DNA of 64,000 nucleotides, taken from positions 148,986,001 through 149,050,000 of the forward strand of contig NC_042999.1 in assembly GCF_006345805.1 (NCBI RefSeq), in the 5' to 3' direction. Position 1 is the stretch's first letter, and each line of letters opens with the position of its first letter. Shown here one piece after another: positions 11,327-22,634 of this stretch. The notes beneath the pieces were generated by a model. It was not told the origin of the DNA. It worked only from the letters and a program-made list of their open reading frames with translations, and searched no databases. The stretch is from Octopus sinensis (Eukaryota). Made by a program: the position numbers and the translations under genes.

Positions 11327-12223
11327 CTAAAAAAATATGAATGAAAATCAAATTAAAAAATTAGCTGTCACTTAGAAGTGGGCAAGATTCAGTACCTTGT
11401 TTCATGCTTTCACTAATTGCTTTAAGTGTCTATGGAACAGATAGACACCTTCTTGGTTCACTGGAACATTGAAGAAGTGGCAGCTGGGGGAGAGAGAGAG
11501 AGAGTGCTGCACCTCAGTCTGCTGGTATTCATTTACAGTTGAGTAGGCTGGAGCAATACAAAATGAAGTGACTTCCTCAAGGACAAATGTTGTGTCCTGT
11601 ACATGAATCAAACCCATAATCATGATTGTCAGTCTTACACTCTTAATAACTAGGTCATGTACTTTCACTGAATATATGAACAGAAATACAAACATACATA
11701 TATCGTTGCTATTATGTTAAACTGTCATATGTCCAAATTTGGCCAAATGCGTTTATTTTTTCAATATTTATTTTTGCTTGCAACAGCTGGTTCTTTTGGT
11801 CAAACTATCCTATCTCCAGCTGCTTCAGATGCCAAGATATCACCAATTGTCAAAGTGTAGTACAACGGTTTTGCTATAGAATGGTGAAACTATTTTTCTC
11901 TTTTCTGAAAAAGCAACATTTTGGACTTACGGCACTTTTGCATAATAGCAACGATATACATACACATGTATACATATATACTACTAATATAGGATGAAAT
12001 TTTTTTACAGAAAAAAAATTTCATCAAAAAAGTGGCAGCATATTAAAATACCTTTAAAGGTTAAAATTATAAACAACTTATAAACAAGGGCAAAAGAAAA
12101 TTATTTCTATGCCAATATGCTGATAACAGACTTTTAAATTGTCAATTTCCACATATTATTATATACCCACTACAGCACAACGTATTTCTGTAGTGGGTAT
12201 AATAATATGTGGGTATATATATA

Positions 12224-12266
<43 letters not shown>

Positions 12267-14169
12267 GTTAATCAAATATATCCTTTGAGAATAAAGTGTA
12301 CTGGATTTCAGATAGTTGCTCTTGATAGGAGAAATGTCTAAAACCTTAAAAGTATTTAGAGATTCAATTAAAGCGATTATATATTAGAGAGTAAAAGTAG
12401 GAAAAATTACATCGTAAAAATATAAGAATATGAAATATAACAACACCTTTACCATACGATTTTAAATAGCATCTCTTTCATTCGATTTACTACACAGAAA
12501 TTCATCGTTTTCTCTGATGAGAGGATATACTTCCTAATAATTGCTATCAACTTTGGATTTCATTTCGAAAGGTAGTATGTTCATGAAACGATTGTAAGAT
12601 CTCTCAAATCTTTTTAAATGATCATAGCTATACTTCATATTTTTATTTATTTATACAATTTTGTTTATATTATGGACGTATCGCTGCTGTGATTTTCATG
12701 CTATAATTTTTCCTACTTTTACTCTCATATATATATATAAAACATGTTACTAATTTTTGTGGAAAAATTATATTAATACAAAAATATATTATCCACTGAA
12801 GATAACTGATTATCGTTGAAATGTTAATATTTTAGATTAGGGAACTGATAAGAATATGAAGTCTTCATCATGAAGTCTACTGAGATCTGGAAATTGGACA
12901 GCAAACAATTTATAAGCAAACGCAATGGAAACAAAGATGTCTAAAATCTGCAGCCAAGTCTTACAGGAATGTGGTTTGGATTTAGATTTTAACCAAGCAG
13001 AAAGAAAAAAACTAAGGAGTATCACATGTCCAATGATTGAGATGTATTCTTTTATATTTTACTTGTTTCAGTCATTAAACTGTGGTCATGCTGAGGCACC
13101 ACCCTGAAGAATTTATAGCTGAATGAATGGACCCCAATACTTATTTTTGTTTTTTTAAGCCTGGTATTTATTCCATCAGTCTCTTTTGCTGAACTGTTAA
13201 GTTACATGGACATAAACACACCAGCGCTGGTTATCAAGTAGTGGTGGGGGGACCAACACAGACACACACATATATATATTTATATATGATGTGACAACAT
13301 TCTTTCAGTTTCCTTCTACCAAATCCACTCACAAGGTTTTGGTCAGTCCAAGGCTGTAGTAGAAGACACTTGCCGAAGATGCCACGCAGTGGGACTGAAC
13401 CCAGGACCATGTAGTTGGAAAGCAAACTTCTTAACACACAGCTATGCCTGCGCCTATATTGTAGATTGTTAAATACCTACAGTATGTCAGAATCTTCAAC
13501 CCTTCAGCATTTAAACCAGCCACATCTAGCCCAAATACTATACCTGTTTTACGTTCAAATTGACCATATTCAGCCTCTCACACCTACCCTACAATGTCAC
13601 ATAAAAAACAAACAAGTACATCATCAAAATCATCATCATCATCATCATTTAACGTCCGTTCTCTATGCTAGCATGGGTTGGACGGTTTGACCAGGGATCT
13701 GGGAAACCAGAAGGCTGCACCAGGCTCCAGTCTGATCTTGCAGTGTTTCTACAGCTGGATGCCCTTCCTAACGCCAACCACTCCGAGAGTGTAGTAGGTG
13801 CTTTTTATGTGCCACCGGCAAAGGTACCAGGCATGGCTGGCAACGGCCACGATCGGATTGGTGCTTTTTACATGCCACCGGCACAGAAGCCAGTCAAGGC
13901 GGCGCTGGCATCAGCCACGTTCGGATGGTGCTTTTTATGTGCCACCGGCATAGAAGCCAGTCTAGGCGGCGCTGGCATCGGCCAAGGCGGCACTGGCATC
14001 GGCCAAGGCGGCGCTGGCATCGGCCAGGCGGCGCTAGCTGCAATGAAAAGAAGCTGCATGAGTAATTCAAAACAGTGTGGATAAATAAGCATTACGTTTG
14101 ATATGGTAATCTAAATTCTAAAGGATTAAGTTATCACTGAAGAAAGAACATCTCTGATTGAAATATTAC

Positions 14170-14411
14170 CTTTTAAGATTAGCATCCACACTAGTATTGG
14201 CTCTGCTCTCATTTGAAGCTTCTTGACAAGTGACTGGTTGTAGGTCTTTGTTCAACAGAGCTTGTGGTGAGCTACAGCTAGAGGCTGCAGCAGGTTTTGC
14301 ATCTTTGACAGCTGGGTCGTCTGTTATGCTGGTGTTAGCAAGGAGCTGTTCAATACCATCGTTATCGTCAGACTCTGATGTAAAATTTGAATCCATTTCT
14401 TTCTTGTTTAC
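14170..14411 (-). CDS. DIS3L2: DIS3L2 exon (acidic, poorly conserved CSD1 insertion)
   Basis: ttgaag|GTA...AAAAG|gtaata, 242 nt, phase 0->2. VNKKEMDSNFTSESDDNDGIEQLL...ANLK(R); phases fit both neighbours. Confidence 0.88.
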
Positions 14412-14929
14412 CTTCAAAATAAACAAATAGTTTTTAATTCAGTATCACACAACAAATCATCGTCATCATCATGTAACATCCGTTTTCCATGCTGATATGG
14501 GTTGGACAGTTTGTGTATGTATACGTATTTGTGTGTCTGTGTTTGTCCTCTTTCCATTGCTTAACAACCGATGTCAGTGTGTTTACGCACCCGTAACTTA
14601 GCAGTTTGGCAAAAGAGACCGAATAGGTACTAGGCTTACAAAGAATAAGTCCTGGGGTCGACTTGTTCGACTATAGGCGTTGCCTCAGCATGGCCACAGT
14701 CAGATGATTGAAACAAGTAAAAGAATATCAGACATGAACACTGTTGGACAAACCTGAGAGTATTTGGCTTCACAGATATTGTGGTTTAGGACTGAATCTT
14801 TTAACTCCAGTCCATTCCAGGAAATAAAAATTAACATATGACAATGATGTCAACTTATATTTTCATCTTCATCGTTTAACATTCGTTTTCCATGCTAGCA
14901 TCGGTTGTCAACTTATATTTTATCTTCAA

Positions 14930-15205
14930 CTAGCAGTATCGCCTGGCGTTGCTCGGATTTGTAAGGGAAATAACTATATAAGCATTTTAGAGAGTTACTT
15001 CCCTTATATAATAGCAAAAAATGATGGTAAATTTTTTTTTAAATCGTAGACTCATCGTAGACGCGCGCTAATACCCAGAAAGGCTCGATATGAATCACGA
15101 CTATAAGATACCCGCTTTTGGTTACACTGCACCGCAAAATGTGGGAGTAGTTAGGAATCTAAATCATAGGAGACAGACACACAACTTCACTTTTATATAT
15201 AAAGA
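14930..15205 (-). mobile_element. Non-autonomous Helitron-type element
   Basis: Minus strand begins A|TCTTTATATATAA and ends ...caacgccaggcgatactgCTAG|T; termini are related to 2961-3326. Confidence 0.7.
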
Positions 15206-15346
15206 TAACTTTTATCACAAAGAGAACAAAAACACAACACTATGTAGCAGACCCAACAAACTGACTCCATGATGGAATCCCACCCTCACCTCAAACCACT
15301 AAAATACAAAAGATAACAAATGATGATGATCATTAAAGAGAATTAC

Positions 15347-15448
15347 CTTCCATTTAGTTTTGTCATTGATGACAACAAGGACTAGGTCTCCATTAAGAGC
15401 TGAGTTACGATTCTTTGTGCCACAGATGTAGATATCTGAGTGTCCATC
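15347..15448 (-). CDS. DIS3L2: DIS3L2 exon (CSD1)
   Basis: ctttag|GAT...AAG|gtaatt, 102 nt, phase 0->0. DGHSDIYICGTKNRNSALNGDLVLVVINDKTKWK resembles [34 protein letters not shown]. Confidence 0.96.
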
Positions 15449-16747
15449 CTAAAGAAATTGGTTTAAAGAGAATGAAATAACAATGTTTTAATTTTTTCAA
15501 GTAATATGCATGGATTGATTGAAGAACATATTTTCAGGCATGTCTTTAAAATCACTAGGACTACTGCTTATGTCCCTCCTATATGTCCATATTTAACTTA
15601 AGAAAACAGAAAAATTATAGCCATCTCATAGAAGAAATCCCTCTCACTCTTGATCCAGCAGAACACTGAGTATGTGGCAGTTGGAGGATGAGAGGAATGT
15701 ACTAGCACTCAGCTGATATTCATTTCAACTATGGAATCATCATCGTTTAGCGTCCACTTTCCATGCTAGCATGGGTTGGACGGTTCAACTGGGGTCTGTG
15801 AAGCCAGAAGGCTGCATCAGGCCCAGTCTGATCTGGCAGTGTTTCTACGGCTGGATGCCCTTCCTAACGCCAACCACTCCGTGAGTGTAGTGGGTGCTTT
15901 TTACGTGCCAGACGGAGCTGGCAAACGGCCACGGACGGATGGTGCTTTTTACGTGCCATCCGTCCGTGGCCGTTTGCCAGCTCCGTCTGGCACCTGTGCG
16001 GGTGGTACGTAATGTGAAATGAAATAATCTTTATGGGCTCTCTCGAATAAATGGACTCAATGTCATAGACATTTAACTTGCATTTTTACACACAGTGTTT
16101 GTAAAGATATAATTAGCGACAGACTTAAGTGAAGCTGTGAGTCTGAGGCAGAAAGATAGGGAAGAGTGATTAGTGATGGACCTAGGAATGATGCACAAAA
16201 TGTGTGGCCAGTGGAAGAGAGAGCCAGAAGCTTTGAGTGGGTATAGTACACAGTTTGCTAGTTTCAGAAGAAACTAGCATTACGTTTGTAGTGAAGACAT
16301 AATGCATAATAGTTGAGTCTATACAGATTTCTGAAGGTACTGCAGGATATATACTTTACCATTTTGAACAGTGTTAGCACTGTAGAAATGACAAACATTC
16401 TGTTGGCTGAATGCATCAAGTTCACTTTCTTGAATTGTGGAAAGCTTTTGCAATGGACTGCCATCTTTATCTCTTATCTACTTAATATTATGGAATCTAT
16501 AGAGAAGAACCAACTTTATGGATGTCTGTGACCCAGGTTTAGCTTAACACGACATTCTACATGCCACAGTCAACTGAGTAAGGAATAGGTTCTAAATCTT
16601 CTGAGGATAATACTTGTAACATTGGCTGGGTATTACTTTAAATTTGGTGCTAAACATTAGGGTCTATAAGCCCTTGAGGGATTTTGCAGAAGTTTCTGTT
16701 AATATTTAACAAAAATAAACTAAAATGAAAGAAAGAAATAAACTCAC

Positions 16748-16801
16748 TGGGTGTGGTACATAGCAATCTTTGTAGTCCTTAGGGTTGATTCGAATTTCAC
16801 C
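16748..16801 (-). CDS. DIS3L2: DIS3L2 exon (CSD1)
   Basis: catcag|GGT...CCA|gtgagt, 54 nt, phase 0->0. GEIRINPKDYKDCYVPHP resembles GVLRINPKKFHEAFIPSP. Confidence 0.95.
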
Positions 16802-17546
16802 CTGATGGAGGAGAAATTGAAAAAAGTTAGTGAGAAAAAGGATTAATAGGAAGGGATAAATAAGACAAAGAATAGTTTTTCTATATGTTGATGTAATGAT
16901 TAACAAGATATATGTTTAAAATAAACCTTGAGTAATACAGGTAATACTTTCCCTGCTCACAGAGGTCAGGCAGAATTCATCAAGAAGGATTTTTTACAAG
17001 CCAAATGCCCTTTCCCACATAACCAAACATGTTTATATAGAAGACTGAAAACGAATGGCACTGCTTGTGTGATGGTGACACTAGTTTACAGCTATTATAC
17101 AATGTCAAGACAAAAAAGGCACAAACACGCACGCATGCACACACAGGCACACATACACACAATGGGCTTTTTTCAGTTTCCATCAACCAAATCCACCCAC
17201 AAGGCTTGGGGCTGTAATATATGATACTTGCCCAAGGTGTCCTGCAATGGGATTGAACCCAAGACCACATGGTTGGCAAGCAAATTTCTTAACTACAAAG
17301 CCATACCTGCACAGAAGTGTGGAATAAAATATATAAAGAATTCAGGACACAATAACAAACCCTTGTGACATTATGGTTAATCTTACATAAGGACCTTTGT
17401 GTAAGCAACAGCTTTCACAATGTGTAAAGGCTCAGCATTTTCTGAAACCCTTTCAACATCATTGCTGCTATAGGAAACACATAATATTAAAACACTGTGA
17501 GGGAAAATAGAATTATGATAAATAGATTTGAAAGAAAAGTTCTTAC

Positions 17547-17597
17547 TATTATTAGGTTGGGATTATTTTTAACTCGTTCTTCGATGTCTTCAATTTT
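17547..17597 (-). CDS. DIS3L2: DIS3L2 small exon
   Basis: tttcag|AAA...ATA|gtaaga, 51 nt, phase 0->0. KIEDIEERVKNNPNLII is positionally equivalent to SKEDVSEGLKRGTLIQ. Confidence 0.8.
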
Positions 17598-18249
17598 CTG
17601 AAAAATAAAATAAATAAATAGATAAATAAATAAAATAAAATAATCAAACGTTTATAAAAAAGTACTTTGAATTTGATAAAGTTTCAATAGTTATGTGTTG
17701 GACAGGCGGTACTGGCATCGATGATGCTTGAATGGTGCTTTTTATGTGCCAGCGACATGGGAGCCAGTCAGGCAGTACTGACATCGACCAGGCTTGAATG
17801 GTGCTTTTTACTTGCCACAAGCATAAGAGGCAGTCAGGCGGCACTGGCAACAACCATGCTTGAATGGTGCTTTTTACGTGCCACCAGCATGGGAGCCAGT
17901 GAGGTGACACTGGCAACGACCCACGTTTGAATGGTGCTTTTTACGTGCCACCGGCGGCAAAGGAGCCAGTCAGGCGGTACTGGCAATGAGCACACGAAAC
18001 ATGCATATATAATATATATATATGCTTCTTTCAGTTTCTGTCTACCAAATCCACTCACAAGAAAAATATGAAAGTATATTTGGCCAGCCAAAAAAAAAAC
18101 CGGAAAAGACAGGTTGAACACAGAGATATCTTCTACCAGTTAACCACTTCTCACAATGACTTAATACATACTGTGTTACAATTACAAAATATACAGAATT
18201 AAACAATTCTGTTTTATTGTATCAAGAGAATGAAATCTCATTGAATCAA

Positions 18250-18640
18250 TAAATTGCCTTGATGCAAACTTGGCTCAAGAAGAGGAAGACCATCCAGCAC
18301 TCTTCCTAGAATCCTGGAAAACTTTGTTGGTCATTTGAACATATTCAACCAGAGCTATTTATATATTTATGATTACTCAAAATGTTGATATCTTTAATGT
18401 TGCACAAAGGTGTCAGTAGGGCACGGATTAACAATTACAGACCTGTGTCACTTACATTCCACCTAAAATAATAATAATAGTCCTAGAGTGAATGATATCC
18501 AAAACTATAAACAGACACTTTTGAAAAATAGAGGCTTTTTAACGTCTAATATGGTTTCTCCCTGGGACGAAACTTCTTTAACAACAAACCAAACTGCCCA
18601 ACATGTTTTCAAGAAACCAACCAATTCCTTACAGCTAGAT
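18250..18640 (+). mobile_element. CR1-type LINE reverse-transcriptase fragment
   Basis: Broken frames give LPRILE..NIFNQS, KGVSRARINNYRPVSLT and QHVFKK. Confidence 0.55.
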
Positions 18641-18825
18641 ACAGTATGGACTGAATGCATTTTATCATACCATAGCACTTGAGATGTTATCTGTGAAAGG
18701 ACTAAACACTTTTTTTTTTCATAATTTCTGCTCTGCAATTTGCAATGCTTTTTGTCGCTCTCATTTGTTCTTTTCTTATATATAGACTTGTGTATGTTTG
18801 TATTGTAAGTATGTGTGTATGTATG

Positions 18826-18867
<42 letters not shown>

Positions 18868-18948
18868 TCATGAAAAATAATTTTGGATACAGTTCAGAAA
18901 ATAGTCAACAATTCATTAGAAGAAAGATTTTAGAAGATCCTAACATAC

Positions 18949-19043
18949 ATAAGAGGTGTTGTTTGTCTGGTTATTCGGAGGAGGTGGTGGTTGAGCCTGA
19001 TTTGACATTTTGTACATTGGTGTGAAGTTGTGAGGTGCATGAC
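18949..19043 (-). CDS. DIS3L2: DIS3L2 N-terminal Pro/Asn-rich exon
   Basis: ttctcacag|GT...TAT|gtatgt, 95 nt, phase 1->0. (G)HAPHNFTPMYKMSNQAQPPPPPNNQTNNTSY joins in frame to KIEDIE; no conserved homology recognised. Confidence 0.7.
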
Positions 19044-19335
19044 CTGTGAGAATTAAAGACAGAAACGAAAGTTGTGCATGAATTTGTGTGAAGCATGTTT
19101 CGAGAACAGAGATGAGTAGTTCTAGACTTTAAACACATTAAATACAAAAGCCAACATGTAAATAAGCCAGAAACAATTAAAACAATGGTCTCAGTGTAAA
19201 TCATTGAATTACTATTTTATTTGCTTCTTTACATAGCCTTGTAGCTTTAGAAACTTAGTGGACTATAAATAATAACACTAGAAGGGGTTTATGTCTTTTT
19301 ATTTTCATAGGGTTTTATCAAACAGAAAAAAAATA

Positions 19336-19884
19336 CTAGGTCTGATCCAAAAGCATCAGGACTGTTGCTATGGTAACAGGGCTCAAGTACACAGAGTGAA
19401 GCTGCTTAGCAGATTGATTTTGAACCCTGTTGTGTATGCATTCTCACCAACATTCTCACTCACTTCTGTTGTTTATGTAAATGCTTGGTAGTAAAGGGTG
19501 TAGAGTGCAGTTATTTCACCACACCACGGAGGTTCTATCAGTGACCACGGCAGAGAAAATTGAGCAGAGAATCTGCATTAAATTTTGCCAAAAGCTTGGT
19601 CATACCTACACTTTTTTTTCTTCTTTTCCTCTTTGCAAAAATCAAATCCCACATGAATGGGAAAAGATTCCAAGATGCTGAGGAGATCCAAGAGAATGTG
19701 ATAAGGCAGCTGCTCCCTATCTCAGAAAAGGAGTTCTGGGAATGCTTCCTCAATGGAAACAACACTGGATAAAGTGCATGGCTTCAGAAGGGGACAACTT
19801 CAAAGGAGACTAAAATGCTGAATTGAAGTATGTTGTAGTTTTCTTTTTATAGCACCAGTCTTGATAATTTTCGATCAGACCTCA
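19336..19884 (+). mobile_element. Internally deleted mariner
   Basis: TA-flanked TIRs (aggtctgatc / gatcagacct). N-terminal EQRICIKFCQKLGHT is joined to C-terminal NGKRFQDAEEIQENV...EFWECF. Confidence 0.85.
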
Positions 19885-21666
19885 TATGTGTTAAGAATGT
19901 ACACAGTTAGATATTGATAGCCATTGTGATGGATAGTGAAGAAAAAAGGTGCTTGTTAACTTCCACCTTAAATGAGCCAATGAGGCTAGAAATAGCAGCT
20001 AAATCTCCTTCGTATTACACTCTACCATCTTACAAAGGGAAAGTACACATAAAATAATGTAGTCTTGATACTTTTAAAGAGAGAGGATAATCACAGCTGG
20101 AACCTTTCTTGATTATGATGGGCTAATTGGGATATCATGACAGACTTTCTATAGCAGACAATAATGTTGGGCTCCACTACTGCTCCGGCCTCTAATGACT
20201 CCCACTAGGCAGGAAACCTTCCTGCTGCAAGGTTAACTCAAGCCGAGTGAACTAGAGCAACATGAAGTGAAGTACCTTGCTCAAGGGGAGACAACATACT
20301 GCTTGGGATGGGAATCAAAACATATAGCTTTACGATCATGAACCCAACAACCTAATGAATATGCCTTGTGCTTCCATAGATCCACTAGGGTAGCTAGAGT
20401 GTGTGCTGCCCAGGGTGGCCCTTACATTTGCTGCACCCAGACCCCACAAAAAACATATATTGCCTACAGCAATAGCCTACAACAGGATGAAAGGTGGCAC
20501 CCCATTAAAAGTATTGCCTTGGGCGGACTACCCCTACTGCCCCCCCCCCCAGCTACACTAATGCATAGGTCTGCTACATTGGGACTCAACAATTGCAATT
20601 GTTGTACACCATAGAAACACACACACATTATAATTGACCTTATATGTCTTATAAGGGAAAATAAAATGAAATTAAATTAAAATCTGTGGAGTACAGATTT
20701 TAATTTAGTGTCATCATTGCAAAAATAACAAAATACTCATATTCGGTGTGTGAAAGAAGCAAAGTACCAATTCAGTTATAAGAACTATCATGGACTCTGG
20801 ACTACTTATAATATTGAGTATAGTTCCAGTGTACCGTAAGTAATGTACAAACTTCAGACTGAAGACTGATGGTATTCTTTTGTGACAAAGCTCCTTTGTG
20901 TAAAAGAGAAAGTTCATGTTTTTAATCACTATTTTTTAAAAGTTACTATTTTCCATCCCTGATTGAACAAGGAAATAGCTATTGGTTGGTACAATATCTT
21001 TACTGTTCTACGTTTTTCCTATTGTTGATAATTCAACTCTCACAGTGAAACCTGTGAGTTTTATTTATTTAACCAGGCAGACTGGGACACTCACGTCTTA
21101 CTCAGGGACACATGTAACACAATGGCAGCAATGTGGTCAAAGGTCAACCATATTAACCAGATGACCATTATGAAGATAAGAAATAACCATTAATGGAAAA
21201 AATATCTGGTCCAATGACTAAGTGATTAAAGAAGGCTAGACGACTGACCACAAAGTCATAAGATCAAACGTCTTTGTGTTATGCCTCCTCTAAGCAAAGT
21301 ACTCCTTTGAGCAAAGTACTCCTTTGAGCAAAGTACTAAACTCAAAAACCTTTCCCTCTATGGATACAAAACATTAAAAATGCCACATTTCTCCTTTTCC
21401 TGAGAAAGAATAACATTAAACAGATAAACAGTATAGACTGTAGTATTTGCATAGTTCAAACAATGTAAATTGTTTTATACCATGAGGAAGAAGAGAAAAC
21501 TTTAACACTAGGGAGCTACACTGCAAATAAAGGTTTGTGATTTTGTGTCCTAGTGTTACAATCTTTAGGTTGTTTTTTTTTCTCTTTCTGTTTCCAAAGA
21601 AGGACAAATGTCTGAAACATTAGACATCTTCTCCACACCATAAAACATATTCCATTGTTTGAACTA

Positions 21667-21880
21667 CAGTAAGCCCTTGACTATCACGGGTGTTACGTTC
21701 CAAAACCCAATAGGTGAAAATCTGCGAAGTAAAATCAGTACTGTACTATATATATTTTTTAATTATTTTTAAAGTATATATTTATTTTATTATAAATGGA
21801 AAACAACTCCACGGAGGAATCGACGTAAGCTTAAATAATAAACTGCGATAAGTGAATCGTGATATGGCAAGGGATTACTA
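21667..21880. mobile_element. Tigger/pogo-like MITE
   Basis: TA-flanked imperfect TIRs cagtaagcccttgactatcacg / cgtgatatggcaagggattacta. Confidence 0.65.
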
Positions 21881-22634
21881 TATTTGTATTATGGTTTTTA
21901 ATGATGTAGTACATCTCTAGCTTCTTAGGATTCTACTGTTTCATTTGTACTTGTATAGATATCTAGAAAATAAATATTATTCAAGATAATATTAAGTAAT
22001 TCAAAGCATTAAAAATATTAATAAGAATTACAGATATTTAACAATAATATGATAATATATATTTCAGTGAAACAAAACCATGTAAGAAGATTCTTTTGGA
22101 AAGTACATCTATCTTCGTTTATCACAAGTGTTTGGTGAAAAACAAAAACCACCTTTTTAAATAAATCAGTTATAAATGAATGATAGAACATGGGAAAAAT
22201 AGGTTTTGTTCCTCGACCCCAGGTTTTCCTGAGCATTGTGGATGGCCACTAGTGCATGCTTTTGTAGTCTAAACAGAATCTTCGATTGTCAACCCATGTT
22301 ATCACAGATCAATTTTTGTTAAGCATAACATGTCTCACAATAAGTGTATTGTATTATCCCAGATCAGTAACTAATGAATTAGTGATAAACGAGGATAGAT
22401 GTACTAGAAAACAGAATCTACATAAAGGTTGTACAAAACTGGAGGTAACAATGAAACGGAAAATATACATTATTTTCAAGAATTATAAAAAGAAACAATA
22501 TTTAATTTAATTTTTGTTTGAATTTGCAAAATGTAATTTACCTAAAATTCCATTTGGTGGCTGAGAATATGTCTGTTTAAACGGTGGTCTGTAGTTTTGT
22601 TTGTTGGGTGGCTAAAATAATAATAATAATAATC

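Noticed and set aside
13960-14035. Regularly spaced 21-bp repeats and the ~54-bp units at 17700-17990, superficially CRISPR-like
   Set aside because: Eukaryotic retroelement-internal tandem repeats with no unique spacers and no cas genes.
20714-20929. 71-aa minus-strand ORF with a pyrimidine-rich acceptor, considered as a DIS3L2 exon
   Set aside because: No donor/phase combination bridges the neighbouring exons convincingly, and no homology was recognised.
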